DNA of 64,000 nt from Callorhinchus milii. Lineage: Eukaryota. The DNA lies in NCBI RefSeq assembly GCF_018977255.1, contig NW_024705126.1, forward strand, positions 1 through 64,000, read 5' to 3'. Position numbers and translations under genes: made by a program. Below are positions 46,301-60,000 of the stretch, piece after piece. The notes under the pieces were generated by a model that made no database searches, was not told the origin of the DNA, and saw only the letters and a program-made list of their open reading frames with translations. The stretch's first letter is position 1; every line of letters starts with the position of its first letter.

Positions 46301-48416
46301 GCCGTTCGCAACCCAACATTGAGGACCGCGATGAAGGGGTCCCCGTCCCCTTTCACAATGGTCTGGGCCGCTATCAAATCAGGTCCATTGACCCCGGCCC
46401 TAGACGGTCCCAACAGAACACCCCGATCCCCAATCCCCTTAGCGAATGGTCGACGCAGCCTAAGAGGCACGAGCATCTGAGCCCCCGGCGGTACGCGTAC
46501 CGTCCTCGTAACAAGCGCTTGTACCGTCGCAAATGCCGTACGGACAGTAGCGGGGGAGGACAAGAACATCATACGTCGGCCCGACGGGAGTTCGATGCAA
46601 CCTTGGTCGATCAAGATTCGAATTGGCATTTTGGCCAAAAAGTCCGTCCCCAACAGGCACGGAACTGCCAGCGAGGAGGAGACCAATACCGGCCCGGATA
46701 ATTTGATGTCCCCAATACAAATTTGCGCGCGGATCTGTCCGATAATGCCCAGCGAGCCCCCGTTGGCAGCATAGCACGGAACATCAACGGGGAGCAAAGG
46801 ACGGCTTTGAAAGGGGAGAATGTTATAAATTAAATCGGACACAATTGTCGCCGATGCTCCCGTATCAACTAAGACCCGCACCTCAACCCCATCAATATGC
46901 CCCACAACGACCGACGACCCCGCCGACGCGGCAACAACGCGGTGGGCCAACTCAGACCACTGGCCCGGTTGGAACGCCCTCCCCATCGCGGCACATTTCG
47001 ACGCAACGACAGCCGATTTCTGAACCCCGTTCGTTGCAGTGCGTGAGTGTGTCACAGGTGTGTGCGTAGGCCAAACATGTGGGGTGCCACGACTTGCCGG
47101 AGTTTGCTGCGGAGCCTTGGGTAGAGGCGCGTTGTCCGGCCGAGGCGTCGCACCGCGCTGTCGAGGAGCCCGGCATCCCGAAGCCACATGGCCCCGGAGG
47201 CCACAGTTGTAGCACCGCGTGAGCGCCCCAGTCGGCTTGGGTTGATCCTGGTGGCTCGGCCCTTCCCGAGCTGGCCGGCCCCCGGATCTCCACTCTGTCG
47301 GGCGACCCACAGCGCAGACCTCTTCCGATGGGAGGGTGGTGGCAGCCACGGTATGCCTGGCCGCCGCCTTGCTGGCCTTGCGACGCTGGGACAGCAAGTT
47401 TGCGTGGATGTGCCGTGCGGCCCGCAGGGAACACATCTCCTTGTCGTCTTGCGCCAAGACGACGATGTCCAAATCGTCCGCCAACAGCAATATCTTCTCA
47501 GCCACCATAGCGTCCACCCCTTCCTCGTCCATCCGCGGGAAAGCCGTCTTCGCCAAGGCCAGGAGAGCCGTGCGGTATGCCAGGGGCGATTCCTTGGCGC
47601 CCCGCTGACGGTCGTAAAACAGCTGTCTGCAGTCGGAAGGTGGTCCGTAGACTGCAGACAGGAGTCGAAGCGCCGCCTGCAGCGTGGCGTGCGCCGATCT
47701 CGGCGCCGTAGTGAGGGTGGCGAGGCGTCGCTGTCCAGCGTCGCCGGCAGCGCGCGTAGCGCCTCGTCGTCCGTCCATCGCGACATTTCTTGGTGGGCGA
47801 GGAACCGTCTTTGGAAGGCTCCCCAGTCGCCGTCTTCCGCCACAAACTCTTTGAGGACCGGCAATCGCTGCTGGAACGAGGCCTCCGCAGCCGTAGATCG
47901 CCAACCATCGTTCCCGCCATTCTGTACAGTATCGGCGGGAACGGCGGACGCCATCAGCGGTCGCACCGCTGGTGACGCGCTGGCCGCTGATTGGCGTTCG
48001 CCGCGTCGGCCGCTGTTGATGACGTGGCGGTTTCTGGTCGGCGACTGTCGGTCACATGATGTGGCCCGGCCCGCCCTCAGCACCCACTGTACTGATGGCG
48101 GCAAATCCAACCTCCAGCCCCGTTGAAATGGCGGGAACTGGCGTTGCGTGTCGTCCGACGTCGCCCCGTGCTGCTCCTCCAACCCCCAGGCGAGTGATTT
48201 CCTCCAGCGTGGCGGCTGCCGCGTAGAGTAGCTCCGCCAGGCAGGAGTGAGCCACCCGCAGCCCGTCAGCCGACGATCCCCACCCGTCCGGCTGCTGCGG
48301 TATCGGTGGACTCGGCCCCGGTTGCTCGAACCGCCCTCGGCGAGTTCAGGCTCTGAGTCGGCCGAGGTGTCCTCCTCCCCAGGTTCCTTGGTACGAGCCG
48401 TCCGTCTTGTGTCCAT
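43366..48416 (-). pseudogene. Gypsy gag-pol, several 1-bp frameshifts as assembled
   Basis: Zinc knuckle CYNCGLRGHVASGC, protease DTGAS, RT YLDD, RNase H DTDAS, and integrase LDILGP, TDQG and GMVER. Confidence 0.9.
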
Positions 48417-48426
48417 CTTTAGAAGA

Positions 48427-48441
48427 CCACTTCTGACTCCA
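48427..48441 (-). promoter_or_regulatory. Primer-binding site, tRNA-Leu-like
   Basis: Minus-strand tggagtcagaagtgg just inside the 5' LTR; one mismatch to the complement of a tRNA-Leu 3' end (tggtgtcagaagtgg). Confidence 0.65.
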
Positions 48442-50022
48442 GTTGTAGTAGGTTCAATGAGACTTGGACGACGTAGTCGGAGGCACACTTATTTATTAAC
48501 GTTCACTCAATACAGGCCAAGGTATACAACACTCGAAGGGTATCGGCCCCTTCACCCGTCTAACAGGGAGATCCCACTATCTCTATCCCGGCTAGCCTAC
48601 TCCCAGGTCCTCCACTACAGAGCTAGGGGAGGCTAGCTGATCCAGCTCTGGCCAAGCTAGGATCACGGCACCCTTAGTCACCAGACCGGCTCTTACAAGA
48701 GCATCGGCTCTGGGCTCTCGGGGCCACGCCACTGGCTTGCCCTGGTCGGTCCTTAGAAGGACGGCGATCCAGGGGAGTCCCAGGGCCTATCTAGCCGGTC
48801 TTCCTTCTTCACTGGTTTAAGCTAAACACTGAACCCCGAGCCCACCGGCTCACCGCCTTATATAGCAACTCCCCCCCCCGAGGGGTGGGGCCGTGGGGGA
48901 TCACAGCGCCGTTTCAGCCCCCCAGGCTAAACGATGCGGACATGGATGTAAGCATCCTTCCGCGTGCGGGCATAACCACCCCTGGTGTGTTTGTTCGCCC
49001 TCCCGTAACACCTCTACAAGAGGACAACTGGGTGAAAGTGTTGTGGTCAGATGAGACCAAAATGGAGCTCTTTGGCATCAACTCAACTCGCGGTGTTTGG
49101 AGGAAGAGGAATGCTGCCTATGACCCCAAGAACACCATCCCCACCGTCAAACATGGAGGTGGAAACATTATGCTTTTGGGGTGTTTTCTGCTAAGGGGAC
49201 AGGACTTCACTGCATCAAAGGGACGATGGACAGGGCCATGTACCGTCAAATCTTGGGTGAGAACCTCCTTCCCTCAGCCAGGGCATTGAAAATGGGTCGT
49301 GGATGGGTATTCCAGCATGATAATGACCCAAAACACACGGCCAAGGCAACAAAGGAGTGGCTCAAGAAGAAGAACATTAAGGTCCTGGAGTGGCCTCGCC
49401 AGTCTCCAGACCTTAATCCATGGAAAATCTGTGGAGGGAGCTGAAGGTTCGAGTTGGCAAACGTCAGCCTCGAAACCTTAATGACTTGGAGAAGATCTGC
49501 AAACAGGAGTGGGACAAAATCCCTCCTGAGATGTGCGCAAACCTAGCGGCCAACTACAAGAAACGTCTGACCTCTGTGATTGCCAACAACGGTTTTGCCA
49601 CCAAGTACTAAGTTATGTTTTGCAGAGGGGTCGAATACTTATTTCCCTCATTAAAATGCAAATTATTTTATAACATTTTTGACATGCGTTTTTCTGGATT
49701 TTGTTGTTGTTATTCTGTCTCCCACTGTTCAAATAAACCTACCATTAAAATTATAGACTGATCATTTCTTTGTCAGTGGGCAAACGTACGTAAATCAGCA
49801 GGGGATCAAATACTTTTTTCCCTCACTGTAGCTGAAACCTTCACCCTCATATTCTGAAAAACAGACCTCATTCAGTAAGCCATGTGTAGTCGGAAAATGT
49901 GTTCAATAAAGCTGTGTTTTGGTCAAGGGTTTCCTGTATTTTTGCATGGCTATTGTAAAACACTGTGTGATGCTCTCCACGAACAGCACTATATGCAAGC
50001 AAATGCTCTTGTATGTCTCTTA

Positions 50023-50100
50023 CAGCGAGTCCTCTGCTTAACGCGGGGTTTCAGTCCAGAAAATTGCCACGAAGTGAATTCGCGTTAAGCGGGGGTAGTT
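50023..50100 (+). mobile_element. Possible pogo/Tigger-like MITE end
   Basis: TA|cagcgagtcctctgcttaacgcgggg with an internal inverted cgcgttaagc; other end not found. Confidence 0.35.
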
Positions 50101-50997
50101 TCCCTCATAAAGAATCATTGTGAAGGTGGGGGTGCCCTTCCCCAGCCTGTAATATTATCAGTTTTCAGTTAACAGTTCAGTCCACCGTTTGACATGTTTC
50201 TTTTGAAAATGTATCGTGTATACTTAATACATCTATAAATATGCTGTGTGTGTGACAGTCATTTATTTAAATATAAAGTGTGTGTGTGTGAGAGAAATAT
50301 GGTGAGTGAAACAAAAATAAGGGAGCGAGACGACTGCGCACACAAAGATGATGGAACACAGAGGACGAGAGGACACATCACAGAGCGCATCGCGGCAGTA
50401 CCAGCAACCAACGCTGCCAACACTCACGCTGCTCAAAAGTAGTCCATTGCACGCTCGGCTCGCGTTATGTAATGCCCAATGAGTGACTTTCTCAATGTGT
50501 TTCAAGAAAAACAATGTGAGCACGGGATCGTTATACAGAACGAGGTCACGGTTGTACACACATTTGTAATGCATTGTTACCATTTAAAGGATTGTAATTC
50601 GTGTCACCAAAACACAGCACAAATCAGTTTGAATGTGCATCTGTACCATGCAAATTGATAATTGACTTTATTATAGCTGTGCATTCCGTGCAGCTAAAGT
50701 TATGGGTGTGTTGGTACTTGGAAAAAGAGTTTTTACATAATTCATACTGTCAAGTGCTATCTCGCTGTGCTAATTGGCGGTGCTACATATGGTGCAAAAG
50801 AAGTTCAACAAACAATGCAATTTGGAAGGTTTGGAAATAAATCCCACCAACAATTTTAGCGTCATTCACGAGCATCCTCCACATTCTCATACCACATAAT
50901 TTCATCTCTTTTGGCCATGCCGCGACCATTTGGGGGCCATCAATTTAGTCTTTACGCATGGAGGGGAGAGGGGGGTTAAACCAAATGCGTTTGGTTG

Positions 50998-51027
50998 NNN
51001 NNNNNNNNNNNNNNNNNNNNNNNNNNN
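50998..51027. other. Gap of 30 N
   Basis: Run of N in the sequence. Confidence 1.
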
Positions 51028-54000
51028 CAAACTATGGGCCTATTCTTACAATGGTAGCGCTGGGGCAGTGGCGTCCAAACCCAACCCTTTAGCCAATTTG
51101 TTAAAAGTGTGAGTTTGAAGGGCTGTCTGGCTGTTCCTAGGCCTTTTGTAGAAGCGGCCGAGTAGAACCACACATACGTGGTATAACGAGCCCTGTAAAA
51201 AATTAACGATGGTAGAGGGCCAACAGGGTCGGTGGGGTTCCAAAAGCCGTTTTCCGCGATAGTGAAGTGGTGAAAAATTAGACTCGTTCACTTAATCATA
51301 CCGAGGTTGAAGTCTCCCAGAAGTGTAGGCACCAGCAGATTGCTTAGGCTTACAACCCAGCGGTCATCGTAGCTGCTAGGAGCTCGAAGACAGGCAGTGC
51401 CATAATTTTGTAATCGGCGGAGCATCCTCAAATGCTTAGACTCCTATTGAATCGTTTGTCATGTATCCGTCAGGGTGTATCGGACTTGACTGGAACCTTA
51501 AGTGGCCCTCAATCACTGATAAATTCGGTAAACGTGCGATGGATGTTCTCAAACGGACATCCAGAAAAACTTAACGCTTCGGCGGTGTGGCGCTCCGTAG
51601 CTGCGTGCGGCTCGACTGGTTCGCCCAATTCCTTGACTACGACTGCTACTAACCAGCTATCTGTACGCATTGAGGTCCCGCCACCTCAGAAGGCAACCAA
51701 CTAGACAATTAAACCGCCGTAATCGCACGGGAAGTAGGATCTTGTTACGTACCACTCTGTTAACCTGACCCCTACGGACGAAGTGTGTTTGAAAATAGGG
51801 CAAACTATATGGAAAGGCCTATCCGGTCATTCCAATCGTAGGAAGAGCTCCATGATCGGGTGTGATCTCTGTGCTGCCGACGGCTCAAGATTTTCCCCTA
51901 AGTTATCGGTGCATCATGGAAGCATTGCTGCATGTCTCGCCCACTAGGGGAATCCTGAACTTCTTCGGAAATCCTGCGGTTGTCTTGGCTGACACGACCC
52001 GTTACTATTACTATAGATCGCGCATCGCTTTTGGTGGCAGACATCGGATAAGTGCCCTAGGTCCACCTTAGCGGATCCCTAAAACTTCGTGCGTTCGCCT
52101 CATTAGCCCGAGGCTGCCGTTACCACAGCGACAGAATGCAAGGGCACTTACAATCTACATCGGCTAGTTCGTTCCGGTAATACCAAAAGCGGTAAACCAG
52201 GGATAGACCGCGTTCTCGTTCTACTATTATAACACAGTAACAAGGAAAACCCACCGCGTTCCGCTGTTAAAACGAGGTACCTATTGCTAAATGGGAGTGT
52301 GAGTTATGTGCTGTTAAAGGAGGCACGGAACGGAAAGCCTGATTTAGTTGCTTAATCGAGAAGCCCGCGTGCATCACCGCTTTGCGTGATAAGACGATGC
52401 AACCGTCACATATGGCGATCTCCTGCGCCCAGGGCACAGGAACCCATTAGTTGCTCGTATCGCACGGGAGGACAGAATACGGTGTTGGTTTTCTAGCGCA
52501 CCTTGGACGATATGGCGCAACTGGTAAACAGGGGGCGATGGTCGTGCTGGCCAGCTAAAGACTGATCAAGATCCCACGCGACTTCTGACATCGGGGTACT
52601 ACCTGGATCCTCACCGATGCTATTGTCGGTGCAAGTACGGAGGTATGCTAGGGCGAAGTCCTGGCAAATAGGCCAGCGGATGGCAACGACCTAATAACGA
52701 TCGAGTGACGAAGCAACTTTTCCGAGACAATACGATAAATGCTCCGCCACGCTGTATCGAATGAGGTTGGTATAAGTTGCATGCTTTATGACAGAACGTC
52801 TCACGCGCGTAAAGTGTCACTTCCCTGTTGCGACTGTCGGAAAGGTTTACAACCTAGGAGTTGCAAGTTACAACTATCGGAACGGTAGAATGTTATTCTC
52901 ACCACGCTGCGTGGGGCCTTATAGAAAATAAACATCACGTGAGACCTGTCCTCCTAGAGGAAGGGTAGGATAGACGGCGGAGCAGAGCGTTTTGAAGTAA
53001 GCCTTGAGTTGTGACACAAGGTTTTCAGTTTACCACTGCGAGAACGCGTAAAGTCGTGATTTGGTCTAATTCCTTGGTTCCCTTCGCTGTTCACCCCCAG
53101 CAATACATTAAAGGGGGCCTCATTTGAAGGCGAGTCTCGGTGGATAACGAAGCTTGAGGAAGCATAAGGAGGATGTCTAACATGAGGTTCGGTAGTACTC
53201 CTAACTGCCAAGAGTGTCGCCGAAATTTCGTTACTCGTTCAACAGCACAACTCTTTGCTGAAACCTGGCCACCACTTTAATCTCAATCGCGAACGGGGCA
53301 ACAGCGTCGGAGAGAATAAATATCGGACTCTTCCATTTGCCATCAGTCATGTATAGACATGGTAATTCCAGAGCAAACCCATTGGGTCGGTAGGTCGTTT
53401 CAATGCTTCTTACCTGCTACAGTCTTAGTGTTCTTTGAGGTGAATGCAGCGTGAGTCTGACTCTTGAAGGTTTCCCATAAGAACAGACAGCTCAGCGTTT
53501 GATGTGATTAGCGTTGTAAACCGCTTAAGATGCCATGAAACAGCGACTCTCGAAACGGTATCGCCGCGAGGCTATCCTTCATGCGATTATTGACGGGTGT
53601 GTCTGCGCAGTGCAAATCTACAGGCCCCCCTGGGTCGGTGGCAAATTTAAAAAGATGTGAGTATGATGGTCAGCTCCAGCCAGTTGTATTCCCCTTATAG
53701 TAAGGTCAGTTAGTTAGTCTTACACCAATGTTGGGCCAGGCCCTAAGATTTTTGCGGTTCTACCCTAGGATTGGTTGATAAATCGGACGTTAGGCTGGTC
53801 ATCATCGTTCCCAATGAAATACCCGGCTGCTAATCCTCAAATGTGTCGAACCAGTCAGAGGGCATTTCAGGTCCCAGTGCGGGGTCCATGGCGAGATCGC
53901 CGGGCAGCAGCAGAACGAGTCATGCCTGATAAGATTTCTGATCTCGACATTAGCCCTATACATCCGAGAAGCTATTACGGCCAGCTGTTAAATGCATCGA

Positions 54001-57000
54001 AGGTCATCACTTACGGAAAGCTAAGTTTGAAGATTCACTAAATTCAGGTATGATGATTAACGCCGATGTTCTAAAATGGTTGCTTGCATTCGCCTTGAAA
54101 GAACGAGGCCCTAGATAAGTGAACACCTTCACGAGTGTTACGCAGGGACAGGGTACCCCGTATTTTGAAACGATCGTTACGTCAGAGCTTAGCATGTCAC
54201 TTAAAGTCGCTCTATCCTGAAGCCCACGTACTGATTTGCCTCAGAAGCGCCCTATAAAGGGAATAACTCATCTCCTTCTGTGTTAGCGGACCTATAAGGA
54301 TTTCCTAACATCCCTACGTGTCGTTGCGATGTAGAAATTAGAGAATACGATGTCCGTAATATACTGTAGACGAGGACTGCACGCAGGTTGTAGCAGGGGT
54401 TCCCCAAAAAAGCCGCATAGGCTGGCCCGTGCAGATAAATGCTGGAAGGGAGTGGGTCCGGAAAAGCAACACCCTCGGGATGCATCATGGACCAGCAAAT
54501 CGATGTCTTCTGTGTTCGTAATGACTTGTATCTTTTTTCTCTAATGTGGGTCACTCCACTCTCTCGGGCGCAACGATTAGGATTTGGAGCGCGGGAAGAC
54601 GCCATCTGTCCAAGCGAATATTCGGTTTCGTTGCACTAATGCTAGGCGTGAGGGCCTAAACCTCGAAACGGTACACGGATGGCGAGATGTATTCTCGTAT
54701 GGGCTACTATGCTACCCTTGTAGGAGAAATGTGCCCGTCTGCACGGGCAGATGGCGCCTGGGAAACGGGGGGGATGAAACTACTCTGAATCACTAGGCGT
54801 GCAGCCCAAACAGCCTATTCTGGATGCTGCAGCCTCCCAGAGTAAGTGGCAGAAGATTATTCGGCGAGTCTCATTCTAACATGTGGTGGCATGATCTGTG
54901 CTCGGACAAGGTGTGATAATGTCGACTCCAGTACAAGCCGGAACGCGTGAGACTGACTATGTCTCTTACTGGTGCTAGATTGGGAATTACTAATTCGGCA
55001 TTGCTCTCAGGGGTGATGGCGCCGGAACACTGAATGCGACAAGTCCTCTCACGGCAGGCCCCTATGCCTTCGGCCGATTCCTCGTGTGATAAGGAAGGGG
55101 CTTCGCGACGAGAGTACCGCTGCTTGCCGGAATGTGCGTGACCAAGGGTCAGCCGCAGCTGCGGCTCTCGAGCGCAATACCGCTACGGGTTAAATGCGTT
55201 ATGTGAAGTTCTTCCTTCAACTCATGTGAGAGAAACGCAGAAGCGATTACGACCGTCCTTCGCTGCCCGGGAAGAAGGTCGGCTTGCGTGGAAGACAGAT
55301 TCCGTTGCTAATCCTTTCCGGTGGAATGTGTGCACTAAAAGTCAACCTTATAAAAGACGGCTTCATGGATGGAACCCGGTTTCGCTCGTGCCCCCCCCGC
55401 TCATTGCTCTTGTCCATATAGGAGCGCGTCCCCCCAAAAACTCGACTCATGCACTCCATCTTGTATATTAGGTATAGCGGCGATTGCTTCAAGATGGTCT
55501 CGCTTTACCGTCCGTCTCTGCACTGACGGTGACCGAGAGTTCCCACGCGTCACGGCCCCCAGGGCAGGGAGACCCGGATACCTGGCCTTAGGCTCACTTA
55601 AAATTCGAAGACCGCTCCCTAGGTCGGGCAAGTAGTCATATGTAACACTATGCCTTATTGATAGAGGACCAGTGTGTTATCGCCTTTAATGCAATCACCC
55701 GGATTTGACTTAGAGGGACTGCAAATGGTAGAATGTGAGTTTCGAGATGGTATGCTAGCTAGTTTGATCAGTGCTGCAACTGACCATCCTACGATCTCGG
55801 GGCATAGCAACGACCTGTTCGCGTACCGTCTTAAGTCCTACAGATGGATTGCCCTTTAACCAGGACTCAACACATCGGATGACATGAGGATGGTTTTAGT
55901 ACTGTAGATGTCGGTAGTTCTGTATGATTGGTGATCAGGTAACATACTAGCCAAGGAGATTCCCGATTTTTCATAGGCATCTGACTGCTTACGAGGAGCT
56001 CGCCTCTTTATTCAATAGAAGCGCGATTCGCTCCCACGTGATGAATTTTTACGCTCTCCTCGAGGGGAGGAGGCTAGGCATCTCTCTGCAAACAGATGCC
56101 TTCTTCTGCATACTTGACAGGATTCGTCCTAATGATTGAGTTTAAGTTCGCGCGAAGCTATTGTTAGGCGCCCCTGCATGGTAACCTGAGAATTTCCCGA
56201 CGAGTCACGGAGCGATGTCTATCTCGTACCTCCAGAGCGTAGCAGTTAACAACATGGCAGAGCACGAGTGACTGAAGAAAAAGATGATCCTGTTCCGAAA
56301 CCCTGAATCAGCAGTGAAAGCCGAGTTCTGCGTATTTATCTTTTTCGGAGGTCGCACCCAGGAATCCCTCTAAACAGGAAAGAGCCCATCCAGACCAATT
56401 ATTAAAAGGCGGGGACACAGGCAACGCGGTCTAAGGTGGCGTGAATCTGATACGTTGCACTATCTTCGAGTAAGTGGACCACCACTATTTACAGAGGTTG
56501 GTGCGACGCGAAAGGACAGGACTAACACTCCTCCTTCATGTACTAAGGACTGGTAAAACCACCCTGGATCAATTAACCAAGTAGGCATCACTACCACAGA
56601 GGATCTGGCTTTTGCTCCCCTCCCCTAGCGCAAAAGCAATGGCGGCTGGTCATAGTCAACAATCTCTGTCATTTGCGTATACTTTCGCCTAGGCCACCGG
56701 AGAAGTCCGCCGCTCATACTTGGGTACGTAAAATAAAAATAAATCAATAGAGATCATGCATATCCGCCACAAAAATTAGACATGGCCAAGAGGGGCATAG
56801 ATCCGCACCACGTTGTTAAGTAAGGACGCTCGTGTGAACCAGCAGGAGGACCGGATACGCCTGGATTAAACTTTAACATCCCTTTCTTGGAGTAAAAGAG
56901 GGTGTGCCTTCATATCTAAGCTGAGCGGTAATCAGGTTGAAGGGGCGCCGCCGCTAAAGCCAAGGTATGTGACGATTTGTTTCGCGTTGTGCGACTAAGA

Positions 57001-60000
57001 ACTACTGATACATCCTGGGATGCATGTTTTGTGTTAGTCACGGATATATCAAGGCGTACGTCGGTCTCATGAGGATGCGTGTATGTATACTTAGGATATG
57101 TCTCTTATGCGACCCCGTTCCGGTCAGGCAAGGCCAGAATTAGGGCGCTTGGTGACATTTAAAATGATGTTCTCCGGGACTCTTGTGACTAATCGTCAAA
57201 CGTACTGGAGTCTGCCACACTATGATCAGAAAAATCCCTTTGAATAAGCATACAGGGCTTACGCTAAATTTTATCTATATATAGCACATTAAATCCCTGA
57301 ACGTAAGAAGAGATTTCGAGCGAGGAGGATTTTTCTGACGACCCATTAGCATAAGTACTGATCGGATGCACAGAAGCTCTTAAAGAAGAGAAGCCCTGAG
57401 CTGTTAACATCCCAAGTTCAGTGGCCGATGGCCTAGGACTAGAACGATACGTTACCACCAGCTTAAAGTAGCAGTCTATGTCATCCAGATGGAAGACTCT
57501 CGGGGAGTTCAACGTCCAAAGCTCCATATCCCGAAGTAATTGTCAATGGACCACCAATCTGCTCACTTGGAATATGGGATCAGGTTGACATGCGATATGG
57601 GAAATGAGAGGTGGGCACGTGGCATATTTCAACCCAATGATTTTCGTTGCGCGTGGGCACTATTTATCATGGTAAGGAGAATGCTTGCAGTATGTGCAAA
57701 GACATCCGAGTAGCCAACGGACTCTGGTATTTATCCGTAAACGCAAGGGGATTAGCGGCCCATGTCTATAAACGCGAAGATAAGATTTACTCTTGGTTAA
57801 CCTTAGTTGTCTGGGCCGTGTGGAAGCCCGCTATTTGCTCCAGACCCTCCTAACCTTAAACTTCGACTCCCATCTGAGGGGGGAGACTTCGGATCTACTA
57901 GCATGAGCCAAGAACAAGTCCCAAACGCTCTTTCGGTCGACATCCGTAATTTGCTAATTGATGCTAATCTCTTCTTGCTACGATTTAACTCCTGGTTCGT
58001 CACAAGGTCGCATATGCGCAAGCATTCATGTTTCATATCGCTGAGTCTGAGGTTACGTTAAGCGGCGTTTCTGTAGCCTGCAATGATTCCCACACTACCT
58101 TCTTAACATCAAGCAATTGATGTCGGTCCGGTTTAGCTCTTGACCACAGTCCTGAGCTAGTACAAGTTAGATAAGAAATTAAGTAATATGTATGGTAGCT
58201 GGTCGGAACCCAACTCAATTCCAACGTAAATATGTGTGGTCGAGAGTCAACAAGGCATACCGAGCACTAAGCTTTGCTTGGAATCAGGAGCCCCCCAACA
58301 GACCGCGCAATTGTAGAATAGCCGAGTCAACTAATTCCCCCTGGACGATATAGGGCCGTCTCTGTTAGCAGTACCGGCAGATAGTAAAGACGCAGTATCG
58401 GTAGATACCCAAATGTTAGGGACCACACTAGGGTGCTCACAGATGGACAATTAAAGGACAGGCCGGGCTATGGGTCTTAGGACATAACTTGGAGGTTGCC
58501 CGCGGGACCTTACTGGTGATTGGGTAACCGACATACATTAGCGGGCGTATATGGCACAATTGTTGAACGGCCCAGTATCGAGCCGTTGGCTTAAAGTGCT
58601 TAGCAACTCGATCTACTAAAGGTGACCTTCCTTAAAACAAAAGAGTCCAATTAAAGGTACATTCATAGCAAGAGCTGGGCTGTTGAGCGGGCTATGGAGG
58701 TATGTCACGGTTACCACCATTATACAGAAATGGTCATTGAAAGTGGCATGGCGAGGAGTGTTCTACAACTCTCGACAGGAAGCACCGAATTGCAAATAAA
58801 AGGAGAAAAACGAGACGATTAGTCCGTGGACGCGCATTAGGTCTATGTGCGACACCTACCGCCTCGTGGACATCCGGACGTGCATCCCAATCATAAAATC
58901 ATTTAGTAGATGTTTCAGGTCGGGCGCTCGCATGGCACGATACTCGCTGCCCCCCCTCCTATTGCGGCTCGTCTTCGCACTGTCCTGAGTGAGAGACCGC
59001 TGAATTGATACAGATGCTCTGCTTCTCAGTTTGAATCCGAATGTAACAATATTCAAGTTCACTCTGCCGCTATTCAACCCGTCGGTATAGCGTAGCTCGT
59101 AACAAGGGGGCCTTAAATGTCTGTGCATGCACAGTACCCACAGTTACTCTTACAAATAAACTCAATATCTTCCCGGATAAGAGCTGAGCCCTGGTTCGAC
59201 TCTAGGCGATTGAACCCTATTTCCCTCCCATACCTTCAATAACCGAGTGTTGCCAGAAAGAACTCGTTCTGACACAAATCCTGTGTTTTTTACACAATAT
59301 TTATCATATTGTCGACTTGCGCGCTGGCCTGCTTCGAAGAAGCTATTGACAGGCCATCGGCAATCATCCGAGTAGTATGCCGGCAGGCGGGAAAGAGTCA
59401 TAAGGAACCAACCCAGGGTAATCGTACTTGATGCCTGCATCGACAGAAATAGCCTAGAAAACCGGTATAAATGTCGGCAGCCAAGTGGCGACAGAACAAG
59501 CCAGCAGGAGATGCAGACCTCATGCACAGGCTATATTTATGTGAATGAGTAGGCCGCAATCCGTTTGAGATGGGTCCGTGCATCACAGGTTCGGCCTGTT
59601 TCCGCACCGTCGACACTGTTTCGTGGTTTATAATATTACAGCGTCCCCATGGAGAGTTTCCAATAAGACAAAACTTCACTAAAACTAGTAATGATCCGGG
59701 AAGTAGAACAAAACTCTCACAAGTATCTCGTAACTGTGCAACGATCTGAAACCAGTTGAGATCCTAATCAACCTAAGCGAACAAGGTCCAGGGCGTGCTC
59801 TCCGGACAGGATATGTGGTGTTCTTAAATGCGCAGAGTACATAACGTAGTCCGTCTCAGCGTAGCCAATCCTACCACGATCCAAACCATGCCGAGGCCAA
59901 AAATGAAAATAGTTGTGAATCGACGAAATGCAGGCCCGGGATTAAGCAAACCAAGCGCATAATCATGGAACTACAGGCGATTAATGGAAGATTGGCAAAA

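Larger units (their letters stand above)
42292..49018 (-). mobile_element. Young full-length Ty3/Gypsy LTR retrotransposon
   Basis: LTRs at 42292-42867 and 48444-49018 (TG...CA), 4-bp TSD agag, PBS and PPT present, domain order gag-PR-RT-RH-IN. Confidence 0.97.
41505..49828 (+). mobile_element. Tc1 DD34E transposon copy 3, interrupted by a Gypsy element
   Basis: TA|CAGTGAGG...CCTCACTG|TA; the transposase at 41863-42291 resumes at 49023 with small indels. Confidence 0.95.

Noticed and set aside
47188-48126. 312-aa antisense ORF in the Gypsy gag region (and similar plus-strand ORFs at 31211-33731)
   Set aside because: GC-rich sequence with few stops opposite a coding strand; no recognisable domain.
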